A stretch of 64,000 nt of DNA from contig CAWGMQ010000005.1 of NCBI GenBank assembly GCA_963823665.1, positions 864,001-928,000 of the forward strand. Reading direction: 5' to 3'. Origin of the DNA: an uncultured Planctomycetota bacterium (GTDB lineage: Bacteria > Planctomycetota > Planctomycetia > Isosphaerales > Isosphaeraceae). Of the stretch, positions 53,093 through 63,154 are shown in pieces. The position numbers were made by a program, and so were the translations under genes. The first letter of the stretch is position 1. Each line of letters starts with the position of its first letter. A model generated the notes under the pieces. That model saw only the letters and a program-made list of their open reading frames with translations, had not been told where the DNA came from and ran no database searches.

Positions 53093-53574
53093 CCCGTTGC
53101 TGCGGGAGCGCGTGCGGCCCAAGTCGACGCTGCTTGATTTCGGCAAAGCTGCGGGAGGGCGCAGCGCCGGATGCGGCGGAAGAGCCGCCGGATGTTCCGG
53201 CGATCGACGACCTGGTGCCCCTGCCCCAACCCGGCGATCCCTACAAGGCATATGCCAGGCCCGACAACAAATCGTTGCTGATGCTGCGCTTCCTGAAGCA
53301 GGACGGGGTGGTCGAGGGCTTTGCCTATTCCGACCTGCGGCATACCCGCATGCAGCCCGGCGACAAACCGGGCGATGCTCCGGTGCTGGTGCTGCGGTTC
53401 GTCGAGGCGGTGGTGACGGAAGTGCGGATAGAAGGCCGGCATATGGATGTGGCCGCCGATCTGCTGGCCTATCACCGCATCGCATGGCTGCGCGAGCTGC
53501 CGGCAGGCAAGATGCACCCTGAGAAAAACGCCGCGGTCTTCACCCGCTTCATTATTAACGTGCTGGAAGGCTGA
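53076..53574 (+). CDS. Hypothetical protein coupled to the relaxase (apparent frameshift ~53155)
   Basis: MATNDD start overlaps the relaxase stop; continues in the second frame to 53574. Confidence 0.6.
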
Positions 53575-53807
53575 CCGCCGCCTCAGGGCAGTCGGATTGC
53601 AATCCCGCCTCGCCCCGCTCCGGCTCGGTGGATTTCCGGCGGTTCTTCTGGGCCAGCGCCTGCTCATAGAGATCGTAAGCCCGCTGCCGGGTCGCCTCGG
53701 CGGGCGGCGGCCAGGATTGCGACTCGGCGGCGACCTGCACGTAGGCCGTCAAAGCCGCGCCATGAAAGAGCGAGTCGAGGATATCGTCGTCGGATTCGGC
53801 GGTCATG
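53555..53807 (-). CDS. Small hypothetical protein
   Basis: DILDSLFHGAA..AY..A....WPP..EATRQRAY.LYE. Confidence 0.55.
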
Positions 53808-53840
53808 AGCAACGGCTCGCGGACTTGCGACGCGAGATGT

Positions 53841-54140
53841 TCATGCTGCTTTCGTGTTGGCGATCGCAGCAAGAGCTTTCTCGTAAGCTGTGTGGGCACG
53901 ATCACCGTGCACATGGGGAGCAGTGGCTTCCCTTAACCCAAGCGTTCTGAGATGCGGTAACGCATTTTCCAACGCTTCGAGCAAACATGTGACGTTGGTT
54001 TCTCGTTCGATGATCTCGGCAAGATCGCCAGCAGTGATATAACCCCCCGCGCAATGCATGATGGGGGTGGGCATGGTTTTGAGGATGGCCAGTGCCGCCC
54101 TCAATGGGACAGTTCCGGGTGTGCGGTTCGTGGCGGTCAT
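53841..54140 (-). CDS. Hypothetical protein
   Basis: AGAAAGGA RBS. Confidence 0.55.
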   Translation of the reverse strand: MTATNRTPGTVPLRAALAILKTMPTPIMHCAGGYITAGDLAEIIERETNVTCLLEALENALPHLRTLGLREATAPHVHGDRAHTAYEKALAAIANTKAA

Positions 54141-54367
54141 ATAAGTGTCCTTTCTACTCTGGTTGTTACTACGACTCTTGCCTCAAGTGAATAGCGCCTT
54201 CGTCCGGGCGAAGGAAATGAAACTGTTGTGATCGGGAAAGGCCGGTTCCGTCATGTCCGGGTTGCGCACCCAGAAGCCGCCCTTGCCGTAGCCGATGATG
54301 ACCTGATAGCCGCGCGCCGCGATCCGGCGGGCAACGGCGTGGTGTTCGGCATTGAGGGTGTCGTGTG

Positions 54368-55480
54368 TCATGACTTGCTGCCCGACGATTCGCCGGATGC
54401 GTCGTCGCTGGCATCCCCATCGGTCTCCATAGGGATATGCACCTGGATGGTAACACCTCTCGGCGCCGGAACCGTGCTAATCAGGTAACCGATGCGGTTG
54501 ACCAGGTGATAACCGCTCCCCAGATAGAGGTCGCCGTCCTCGCCATCGAAAAGCGTCCAGATCGTGCGCGCGTCCTGCTGCCGCACGAAAGCCAGTTCGT
54601 CGCCGTAGGTCTCAAACAGGCAGCCCCTCCCCTCGCCGAGCGTCCAGCTTGCGCTTGGGTTGAGGTGGTTCGGGATCAGCGGATAGAGCGCGTCGAATTC
54701 GTCCTCCGTGAGTTCTTTAAAAGTGTCAGTGTTGGATGCCGGCAGCACAACGAACCCAGTGCCGTCGCGCCGCGCCGCGCCTTTGGCTTTCAGGCCGACG
54801 ATGCATGGGGCGGGATCAAGGAAACGTAGATCGTTTCGGTCGCCGTCGATGACGGGATATCCCCAGAAACTCGTCGGGAATGGCGGCTTGCGGAAGACCA
54901 CGGTCACGTTATGGCCGGCCACCAGCGCCCGGTGGCTATCCTCCTCATTTTCCTCGCTTCGAGAGAAAGTTAGGTGGTAATTCCGAGGGCGGGCCGGGTC
55001 GAGGATACGGCTGATGTCCTTCGTGTAGTCCATGAACTGCACCGTCGGAAAATCGGCGAATAGTCTCGGATAGTCCCGCTCCCAGGCGACATCTGATACC
55101 ACATTGAGCCGCACCACCAGCGGCTCAGGTCCTGCAACCGCCAGTTCGCGGGCGATGTCAGCTGCGAGGATGGCCCGGAACAGATGAGGATCCCGCGCCA
55201 GCAGTAGCGTGCGTGCCACCGCCGCCCGCTTGACCTGCGGCCAGGCCAGCCGGTCGAAACCGGCGAAGCAGGATCGGGCGCAACCGGGGGTCGCAAAGGG
55301 GCAGAGATTGCGCCCGGCGTGAGCGGTGGCACGCGGCGTCAATATCAGACCGACGGAGCGGTAGCCTACGGCCTTCTCCTGCTTATGGTTGGCCGCCGAG
55401 AGCAGCCTCCTGAGAATGTAGGGCTGGCCGTCGGCCATTTCGACTGTGACTGAGGCAGGCCGTGAAAGGTTCATCTGCAT
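54368..55480 (-). CDS. Phage Gp88-like protein with a fused C-terminal domain
   Basis: NLCPFATPGCARSC, RLNVVSD, QFMDYTK, NYHLTFS, DGD..DLRFLD, GLKAKG. Confidence 0.75.
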   Translation of the reverse strand: MQMNLSRPASVTVEMADGQPYILRRLLSAANHKQEKAVGYRSVGLILTPRATAHAGRNLCPFATPGCARSCFAGFDRLAWPQVKRAAVARTLLLARDPHLFRAILAADIARELAVAGPEPLVVRLNVVSDVAWERDYPRLFADFPTVQFMDYTKDISRILDPARPRNYHLTFSRSEENEEDSHRALVAGHNVTVVFRKPPFPTSFWGYPVIDGDRNDLRFLDPAPCIVGLKAKGAARRDGTGFVVLPASNTDTFKELTEDEFDALYPLIPNHLNPSASWTLGEGRGCLFETYGDELAFVRQQDARTIWTLFDGEDGDLYLGSGYHLVNRIGYLISTVPAPRGVTIQVHIPMETDGDASDDASGESSGSKS

Positions 55481-55710
55481 GGCAGGCTCCGTCCTAGAAG
55501 TTGCGGAAGTCGGTCAGCGACTCGCGGATCTCGAAGAGATGGCGGTCAAGGGCATCCTCAAACTCGTCGTCGATGAGGAAGGCGTCGAGATCGATGCCGC
55601 CGAGCGACATGTCGCTCGTTCCGGCGTTGCGGTTGTTGCTCGTGTGTTGCATGTTTGTCTCCTTCGCTCGCGTTACGGCCCCGCCAACCGGAGCCTTACG
55701 GCACCCCCCG

Positions 55711-55857
55711 GAAGCCTCCATAGCCGGGAGCGTTTGGGCGACGGTCACAGCGGCGGGTGAGAACGAAACGCCTCTGGCGGCCTCGGCGGCTTGCCGCCCT
55801 TAGGCCGACGGCGTTTCGCAACGGAAGCCGCTGCTTGACCGGCCCGGCGGAGGCTTC
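55711..55857 (-). promoter_or_regulatory. Frpo-like single-strand promoter stem-loop, copy 1
   Basis: Nested stems GAAGCCTCC/GGAGGCTTC, GGTCA/TGACC, GGCGGC-AA-GCCGCC. Confidence 0.55.
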
Positions 55858-56509
55858 ATGGTGCCGTTACATAGGCCACGGGCGGGGCTGGATCGAAGCC
55901 CGACGGAGCCATTGCATCGGACGCAGCAGCCGAAGAGACGGGACCACGTCCAATTGCGGCGGCTGCGGATTCGGCTTCACTCTGGCACGTATCGAGCCCG
56001 TAGAACCCCCAGCAGCTATCGACGGATTCGGAGTCCTCGCTGCCGCAACACGCACAGGCAGAGATTCGTTCGATCTGGTAGCCGTAAATGTCGCCGTTGC
56101 ACCACTGCGTATAGGCTTCGCACGCCTGGCGGGCGCGCTTGCGCATGAAGTGCAGGCGAGTGCGGCCGCCGTAGTTGCGGGCGGATTCCAGCGTTAGGGC
56201 GTTTGGGAGCCAGACCCCGGCGAAGCTGACCGAATCAAACCGGCAGCGGCACACGGCGGGCAATTCCCCGGCGACCGACCACAGGCACAGTCCGTGCTCG
56301 TAGTAGCTTAGCGGCACGGCGTCGGGGTTGGTGCTGATGGCCTCCTCGATGCCGGCAGGGTCAAAATTGCGATGCCGGCGGTTCAGGCTCAGGATCGCGC
56401 CCATTTCGTCCCAATCCTCCAAAGGATTGGCAGCGTCCGTATCGGCATAGATGCGGATGCGGTATGTCTGGCCGTCGCGTTCGACGGTTCTGGTTTCGAT
56501 GGCGTCCAT
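55856..56509 (-). CDS. Hypothetical protein
   Basis: GGAGG RBS; YEHG, YTQWCNGDIYGY, DSCWGFYG. Confidence 0.75.
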   Translation of the reverse strand: MDAIETRTVERDGQTYRIRIYADTDAANPLEDWDEMGAILSLNRRHRNFDPAGIEEAISTNPDAVPLSYYEHGLCLWSVAGELPAVCRCRFDSVSFAGVWLPNALTLESARNYGGRTRLHFMRKRARQACEAYTQWCNGDIYGYQIERISACACCGSEDSESVDSCWGFYGLDTCQSEAESAAAAIGRGPVSSAAASDAMAPSGFDPAPPVAYVTAP

Positions 56510-56511
56510 GG

Positions 56512-56898
56512 CTAAGCCTCCCCTGCGTCAACGGGTCGCGCCTCGGCGATGGCGGCGTCCACGACAGTCGCGATTTTATAGCTGTCGGTATCGCCAACAC
56601 GGAAACGGGGAGCGGTGTTTAACGCCGTCTGAGCTAGGAGCAATGCCGCCAGCAACTTGGGAGCGGCCTTGCGTTGCCGCTCCGCCTCGAAATCAATCGT
56701 CACCGATTTGCTGTAATCTTCGTCCCCGGCGGTATCGACCAGGGCGGCCAGATCCTGGCCGTCGCAGTCGTCAATGTCGTCAGCGTCGCCGGTCGGCTTG
56801 CCGGCCGCGGTCGCGGCGGCGGCTTCCGGGGTGTCGGCCTCAATGCCCGTGTAGCTGAGCTTCATTTCGCGGTAAATATGCACGATATATTGTGTCAT
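56512..56898 (-). CDS. Hypothetical protein
   Basis: AAGGA RBS; in operon. Confidence 0.65.
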   Translation of the reverse strand: MTQYIVHIYREMKLSYTGIEADTPEAAAATAAGKPTGDADDIDDCDGQDLAALVDTAGDEDYSKSVTIDFEAERQRKAAPKLLAALLLAQTALNTAPRFRVGDTDSYKIATVVDAAIAEARPVDAGEA

Positions 56899-56951
56899 AG
56901 TCTGAATTCCTTTCAGGTGAGGGGCAGGCCGGAGCCTGCCCCGGTTGATGG

Positions 56952-58858
56952 TTACGCGGCCTTTCGATGCCCGGCCTCGGACGCCGGCTGGCCGGCACCG
57001 GTGTCGAACGCCATGCCGTCGGGCAGCCAGCGCGTCAGCTTTTCGCGTTGCTCGGGGGTCTCAGCGTGTTTCTCCGGCACGGCGAACGCCTGCTCGAGCT
57101 GGGCGGCCAGATGCCCCTTCTTGTCGCCGCGCCGCAACTGCGCCCATTCATCGCCCAGGACGTCACGGCCGATGGCGAGCAACTGATCGCGGGTGACGCG
57201 GCCTAAGTAATTGGCCGCGGTCGGTCGCCAGTAGGCGGCCATGTTGCCGTCGGTCAGCGACAGCGCCAGCTCGAAGGCGCTCGATTCTTGGCCGGTGGAA
57301 AGCTGCGGCTTGAGGCTGGTGGCCACGCAGTAGGCCAGCAGGTCGAGCTTGTCCTTGTCCGACAGGCCCACGAACGCCTGAAACTGCTCGGCGTCAGTCT
57401 CCTGGTGCAGCCATGCCACCGGCAGGGCTTCCCGGATCGCCTCCAGGGCGTCACGGGCGGCGGTCTGCTCCTGGTTAACCGCAGGCGTCCCGCAATGCTG
57501 AGTGAAACGCACGTCCGGACCGTCATAGACCGGACGCGCCGCCACGGCGTAGCGGGCGGCGTTGAACACCAGCAGGTCGAGGGCGACCAGCCGGTGGCGG
57601 GCGATCTCCACCTTCGCCGCCTGGAGGCGGTAGGATTCGAGGTCACGGCGCAGCGTCTCCGGCATGCCCTTGGGCTTGGGTGTCTGGGCATTGCCATCAT
57701 CGGCCAGCCAGCGCACGTCCTGGTGCCTGACCAGCCCGCTTTTGACCGAAGGCTTCCCGTCGTGGCCGATCGAGACGTAGCAGCCGGCGGATCGTATGTC
57801 CTGCGGGTCATAGGCGAGGAGGGATTCGAGCTTCTCCGCAATCCCGGCCAATTCTTCTTCCAATGCTTCGTACCGTTGCTGCGTGGTTTCCAGGGCGGCT
57901 TCATCGTCATCATCGCCGGAAGCGCAATCGTAATACTCTTCGATCTCAGCGAGTTCCTGCTCAATGCTTGCCTTCCTGTCGATCATCTCCGGCGGCGCGT
58001 CGACCGGCTTCGGCTGAATCCGGATGCAACCGCCCAGGAGGTTCCAATCGCATTCCGGGCTGACCTCCACCCATTTCCAGCCTTCGGCTTCCAGCTCCCG
58101 CCGGACGCCGTCGAGCTTCTCGGCGGCCAGTTGATGCAGCAGCTCGGGGTTTTCGAGATAGACCTCGTCGCCGAACAGGTCGGCGCGCGACACGCCGCCG
58201 GCGGCGTGGTAGGCGTCCAGCCCGACGAAACGCGCCAGCTTGTCGTCCGCCTGAATCGCGGATTCGGTCAGCGCCTGGCGGACACTGCCGGGGCTTCTCC
58301 TGCGGAATTCGGGCAAGGCTTCGTAGACCCGCATCTGCTTCTCGCGGTCGTCAGTGATGGCAACGCCATCAGGCATTCGAGCGTGAGCTCCTCGGCGCGG
58401 TAGGCCGCAAGAAGCTGCGGCGCGATCCTGCCGAGCCGCAGACGCTGCTCGGCGTGCCTTGCGGTCACGCCGAAGCGCTCGGCGACCTGCTCCACGGTCT
58501 GACCGTCTTCGATCAGCCGGGCGAAGGCTTCAAACTCATCGGCCGGGTGCATGGCCAGCCGGACGGTGTTTTCCGCGAGGCTCATCTCGGCGGCGTGATC
58601 ATCGCTTGCGACCTGGCAGGGCACGGCGTGGCCGGCGGGCAGCTTGCCTTCCGCCTGCAAGGCGCACAGCGCCTCGAGGCGGCGGCTGCCCGCGATGACC
58701 TGGAATCGGCCGGCACCGGCTTCGGTGACGACCAGGTTCTGCATCAGCCCGTGGGCGAGGATGGAGGCTTTCATCTCCTCCAGCGCGCCGTTGGCGGTTC
58801 GCCGCGCGTTCTTCGGCGACTTCTCAAGCTTGTTGACTTCAATCATCGTAGGTTGCAT
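56952..58858 (-). CDS. Long plasmid-type ParB/RepB/Spo0J-family protein (apparent frameshift ~58365)
   Basis: NARR, SI..HGLMQNL, AGSRRL, SLAEN..R..MHPADE; C-terminal YWRPTAANY.GRV, WLP.GM.F. Confidence 0.85.
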
Positions 58859-58922
58859 AAAACAATCTCCATTAGGTTAAGGTTAAAAACTCCGGGACAG
58901 GCGGCAACCTGTCCCGGTGTGC

Positions 58923-59213
58923 TCAGTAATCCTCCGGCATCAACACCGTGGTTACCGAGCGGTCGGCTTCGGTGATAATCCAAAACCGCTTGTCGCCTGA
59001 CCGATAGACCGACAACAGCCGGTAGCCTTCTTTCAGGGACAATTCGTTTTCCTTGGCGTCTCCGGGGCACAGCTCGCCCCAATCGCCGCGGGCATGCCGG
59101 CTGAGTCCCTGCTGTACGTCAGCAGGATCAAGGGTGGCCTGGGCATTGGCGGTGATGACGATCTGCCCGAGCGGGAATCTCGGCCGGGCGATGGCGATAA
59201 CAACGGCGGTCAT
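58923..59213 (-). CDS. Conserved plasmid-related protein
   Basis: FPLGQ..T, RH.RGDWG, RLLS.Y, WIITEADRS.TT.L.P.DY. Confidence 0.8.
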   Translation of the reverse strand: MTAVVIAIARPRFPLGQIVITANAQATLDPADVQQGLSRHARGDWGELCPGDAKENELSLKEGYRLLSVYRSGDKRFWIITEADRSVTTVLMPEDY

Positions 59214-59218
59214 GGCAT

Positions 59219-59734
59219 TTACTCCTCAAGGGTTGATGTGACGGCTTGAACGGGGATGGCGATTTCCTCGTCCGTTTCGGGGGTGTCGCCGAACAGCTCC
59301 TGCGCGATGTCCGTGATGAACGACCAGGTGAAGCCCCACTCGCAGTCATGTTGATCCATGCACCTTTCAAGCACGTCCCAGCACTGCTCGTCGCTGAGGT
59401 CAGGGCGGATGCCCTTGACATCGGCGACGCAAAAGATCACGGCGACCTGCCGTCGGCGCCGCAGAAGCTGCTGTATCAGGTTGTCGATGTCGCACTCGGA
59501 TAGTTCGGCGTTGCCGTGCGGGGCGAGTTCGAGCTGGCGGATCAGCTCGGCCTCGTCGTCGGCAGCGAGCGCTTCGGCCTTCAGGGCGTAGCGGTCGGGC
59601 GCGGTTTCTTCGTCGCAGTCCCAATCCTCGACGATGAGGTTGACGGGGATGTTCGACCGGGCGACGCCGGCGACGCCGCCACGGACGGAAACGGTGACGA
59701 TGGGAGATTTGGCAGGTGAAAGCGTTGTATTCAT
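59219..59734 (-). CDS. Hypothetical protein
   Basis: DV...RPDLSDEQCW.VL...HD..WG. Confidence 0.7.
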   Translation of the reverse strand: MNTTLSPAKSPIVTVSVRGGVAGVARSNIPVNLIVEDWDCDEETAPDRYALKAEALAADDEAELIRQLELAPHGNAELSECDIDNLIQQLLRRRRQVAVIFCVADVKGIRPDLSDEQCWDVLERCMDQHDCEWGFTWSFITDIAQELFGDTPETDEEIAIPVQAVTSTLEE

Positions 59735-59788
59735 GATGCTGGTTCCTTTCTGTGATGATGGGCGGGGATTGCTCCCCGCCCGATGGTT

Positions 59789-60064
59789 TCACTCGCCGCT
59801 GGCCGCTTTCTCGCGGGCCTTGCGGGCCTCGTAGTCGGCCTGCCGCTGCCTGGTGGTCCAGTTCCAGGCCTGGCGGAGCAACTCGCCCATGACCAGGGGA
59901 TCATCCCCGATCAGGCTGTTGGATTCCTTCCAGGTCTCGTCGCCATCCTTGTAGCTGCGTGCCGTGTCGTAGGTGTAAAACGTGGTGCCCTTCTCCTGGC
60001 TGGTATTCCGCCAGATAACGACTTGCAGGTTGCCGACGCGGATTTTGTGTGCCGGTTGTGCCAT
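59789..60064 (-). CDS. Putative ssDNA-binding (PC4/Whirly-like) small protein
   Basis: P.HKIRVG.L...IWRN...RSYK....W..S.S. Confidence 0.6.
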   Translation of the reverse strand: MAQPAHKIRVGNLQVVIWRNTSQEKGTTFYTYDTARSYKDGDETWKESNSLIGDDPLVMGELLRQAWNWTTRQRQADYEARKAREKAASGE

Positions 60065-60121
60065 ATGATTTTCCTTTCCTTGATTACCGGCCCGACCATC
60101 GGGCCTTACGCGAACCACCAA

Positions 60122-60262
60122 CCGACGCCAAGACAGGAGCCCTTGCGACGGTCAAGCGACGGGTGCGGCCGAAACGGCCTGGCGAGCTTGGCGGCTTGCC
60201 GCCTTAGCTCGACGCCGTTTTCGCAACGTAAAGCCGGTGCTTGACCGGCCTGGCTGCGTCGG
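60122..60262 (-). promoter_or_regulatory. Frpo-like single-strand promoter stem-loop, copy 2
   Basis: CCGACGC/GCGTCGG and GGTCAAGC/GCTTGACC stems; core shared with copy 1. Confidence 0.6.
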
Positions 60263-60763
60263 TAAGTTCGCGCAAGTAAGGCTGATTTGGTCGGGTGGAT
60301 TCACAGGAGGAAGGGAGATCTGTCATACCCCGGCGACTCGAACATTCACCGGCGGGCAACCGCGGTGTCATGGAAGGGACGCGACAGAAGCGGGAAAGGC
60401 GGAAGCGTTGTTACGCCGGCCGCGGGATCAGCGGTGGCGGCGAGAAGCTGCGCTCAAGGAAACGCTCCGGTCGGCGAAATGATGAACCAGGCCGGCGACG
60501 CGCGCGACGCCCCCCTGCCCCGCCGTCTTTGGCAGCCGGGGCGAGCTCCGGCCGGAGGGAAGAATACCGGACGCTTACGGTGAGGCTAACGGCGAAGCAG
60601 TAGATACAGCGATAGGCCGGTCATAACCAAAACGGCAATGATAACGGCGTATGTCGCCGCGCCTCCGGAGAATGTCATTTCCCCTTCGTCGAAATCATCA
60701 GGGTTACGGTTGTCGTTGTCGGGTTCCATAGCGGTGCCTGGGTCGAAGCAGAAATGATCGATG

Positions 60764-60905
60764 TTATTCCAGCAATGCCTGTAGCCTGGCGATCACCTCG
60801 TCGATGATGACCGGCGGGACTTTCTCAACGAAGCTGGCGCCCCGGCTTTGCAGGTCGAGGACGCGGGGCTGATTGCACAGCACGACGCCCTGCCGGACGC
60901 TGTCC
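60764..60905 (-). pseudogene. C-terminal fragment of a MazF/PemK toxin
   Basis: QGVVLCNQPRVLDL..R.A.F.EK.P..I.DEV...L..LL; N-terminus absent. Confidence 0.65.
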
Positions 60906-61040
60906 GGCCTGACCTCATCGACCTGCGTTTTTTGTATTACTGCGGTCATTCGGTCAGCAAGATTCGAATAAACGGGACTTCAATGTCCCTGGGATTGCTC
61001 CGGTGGGCGTTGAGGCTTGGGATGAAGAAGAAGTATCGCG

Positions 61041-61385
61041 TCAACGGGTGCGGCCGCGCCTGGCTTTCTTCTGAACCTCGGCAGCGGCTAAAGCTCTGCC
61101 CCAGCCGGTGTGCTTGACGGTGAATTCGAGGTGTCCGCTGTCGCCGAGCAACACGTCAAACCCGCAGGTGAGGTCGCCTTCGGTGCCATGCGTCGGCTCA
61201 GCCAGGGCATCAACGCGGCATTTTGTCCCGTCCGCAAGCGTGAATTCCGGCGTCTTCAGGATCGCCTGGTACATACGGCCGAGGACTTCCTTGGCCTGCA
61301 CGTCGACCTCCGTGTGCAGTCCGGCTAATTGCTCAGCGGTCAGCCTCGGCTGGCTCGGCAGGCGGTCTTTCGGCGCGGGGGCATA
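61041..61385 (-). CDS. Hypothetical protein (start uncertain)
   Basis: ORF in the minus-strand operon; HLEFTV..TGWG. Confidence 0.55.
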   Translation of the reverse strand, partial: YAPAPKDRLPSQPRLTAEQLAGLHTEVDVQAKEVLGRMYQAILKTPEFTLADGTKCRVDALAEPTHGTEGDLTCGFDVLLGDSGHLEFTVKHTGWGRALAAAEVQKKARRGRTR

Positions 61386-61397
61386 GCGTGCGGCCGG

Positions 61398-61667
61398 TCA
61401 GGCGGCCTGTTGGGCCCGCTGCTTCTGTTGCTCGCTCAAAATCCAGGAATGCGCCTGGTCGAGCAGCTTGCAGAGCGGGAGGATATCGTCTTTGCCGAAG
61501 TTGTCGGACTGTTTCCATTCCTCGCCTTGCTTGTAGCTTCGGCTCGACGTAACGCTGAACCAGGGGCCTTTCTCGCTCTCGTTGCGCCACACGGCGACTT
61601 CAAGGGCGCCGTCGCGGAACTTCTCGGCCGGTTTCCTGGCCTTATCGGTAGCAGGTTTGTCAGACAT
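61398..61667 (-). CDS. Paralog of 59789-60064 (putative ssDNA-binding)
   Basis: KP..KFRDG.L.VAVWRN...RSYKQGEEWK.S..F..DD. Confidence 0.65.
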   Translation of the reverse strand: MSDKPATDKARKPAEKFRDGALEVAVWRNESEKGPWFSVTSSRSYKQGEEWKQSDNFGKDDILPLCKLLDQAHSWILSEQQKQRAQQAA

Positions 61668-61710
61668 GGTCGTATCCTCCGTTGTTGGGTTGACAGGAAA
61701 GTGCGGGAAT

Positions 61711-62245
61711 TACCGAGCAGCGGCACTGCGTTCCAGTTCGATGGGCGGCATTTTGTTATCGCTGCGGATGGCATTGGCGATGTCGTGAAACACCCGCTCG
61801 GCGTCAACGACGACCGGCCAGGCGGGCTTCGCCGGCTCGGCGTCCTCCGGCGCGTCGGCGCCTGGCGCGGGGGCAGTTGCTTGGTCCAGATGCCTTCCTG
61901 CTCAGTGCGGTCTTTCCAGCCTTCGGCCTCGAGCTTCGCGGCAGCCGCCGCAGGGAGCGGCGCATCGGAACGAATCTGCATTTGGTTGAAACGGTAGCTG
62001 CGCAGCAATCGCAGCCTGGGGCTGTTCCGGTCGGGGCTGAGTTTGATCGACTTCAGCTCCCCGTCGGGAAGTCGGGAAGGATGTTCCGCCGCCGGTTGCT
62101 CCGTGGCCAACTGCGACGGCTCGGGAGCCTGTGGCTGAACTAATTCGGGACGTTGCGGCGGGGCGCTGTCGGGTAGCGCTGGCGCGGTAAGTGTGTCGGT
62201 GGTGGCATCGACCGCTGCTGCGGTTGCCTGCTTGCGTTTTGCCAT
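61711..62245 (-). CDS. Hypothetical protein (apparent frameshift ~61850)
   Basis: GGAGG RBS before MAKRKQ; C-terminal part continues in another frame. Confidence 0.5.
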
Positions 62246-62309
62246 AAAACCTCCTGTCTTGGCGTGTGGTTTCCGTATAGCGCCAGAAGAGGAGGATGTA
62301 AAGCAAATC

Positions 62310-62574
62310 GTGCAGATGCCGCTCGGCAAAATGATGCAGATGGCCGGTGCCGCGCGCGGCACCCCTGCCTCGCCGCCTGAAGGAGGCCGGACTTCCGCCT
62401 AGGCTGGCACCGGACAGATTCCGAGTGACAACTATCACCGACCTGCTAGAACATGGCGTGCCGCTCGAGGACGTCCAGCAGCTCGCCGGACATGCCAACC
62501 CCAGAACAACCCGCCTCTATGACCGCAGGCAGAAAAAGGTCACCGGGAACATGGTGTAGAGGATTTCGATATGA
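62310..62574 (+). pseudogene. C-terminal remnant of a tyrosine recombinase
   Basis: FRVTTITDLL..GVPLEDVQ.LAGHA.PRTT.LYDRR, with a premature stop. Confidence 0.8.
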
Positions 62575-62637
62575 ATCTGGTTGGCTCAACGCCGAATGGC
62601 ATACGACTGAGCCAGTTTTGCTAAACGGATATTATAT

Positions 62638-63135
62638 ATGGTCAAAGTCGTCGTGCTAAAAGTTGTGGTTGCTCTCTTAGCCGCTGCGGCCGCGCCAGCG
62701 ACATTATTCACGGTGCTCGGGCTGTTACGCTTCGCTCAAGCTGGTCCATTAGCGTATATACAGTATGTTGAGGTACTTGGCCCTTGGTTGATGGTCTTTG
62801 TCGTTGCTCTCTTCCACGCGGTAGTTTTCGGTCTCCCTGTATACTTTATGGCCAGATCTCTGCATTTCACACATTGGTTGGTTAGCTTGGCAGGTGGTTT
62901 CTTAATCGGTGCTCTGCCGATCGCGATATGCGGTTGGCCCGATCCTGGCACCGGTAATTATCAAGTCTGGGATGGCGAAAAGATGGTAGATCATTTCGTA
63001 ATAATTGGACTATCGATACATGCAGAATATGTGCATTTCCTCGGTGTCGTGTGTGAGATGGGGTTTTGCGGGACGGCTGGGGGATTCGCTGCTTGGCTGG
63101 TGTGGCGATACTTCCCCTCACCACGCGAAGGCTGA
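62638..63135 (+). CDS. Integral membrane protein
   Basis: About 4 hydrophobic segments. Confidence 0.65.
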   Translation: MVKVVVLKVVVALLAAAAAPATLFTVLGLLRFAQAGPLAYIQYVEVLGPWLMVFVVALFHAVVFGLPVYFMARSLHFTHWLVSLAGGFLIGALPIAICGWPDPGTGNYQVWDGEKMVDHFVIIGLSIHAEYVHFLGVVCEMGFCGTAGGFAAWLVWRYFPSPREG

Positions 63136-63154
63136 CCAAGCAGTTGCAGCAAGA

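Larger units (their letters stand above)
11548..62600. mobile_element. Integrated plasmid/ICE-like mobilizable element (right boundary uncertain)
   Basis: Begins at the tRNA-Asp boundary; contains rep/iterons/par, tyrosine recombinase, TA modules, MOBF relaxase and leading-region-type genes. Confidence 0.6.

Noticed and set aside
62310..62600. Integrase remnant as the definitive right border of the element
   Set aside because: No duplicated tRNA-Asp/att sequence found nearby; boundary unresolved.
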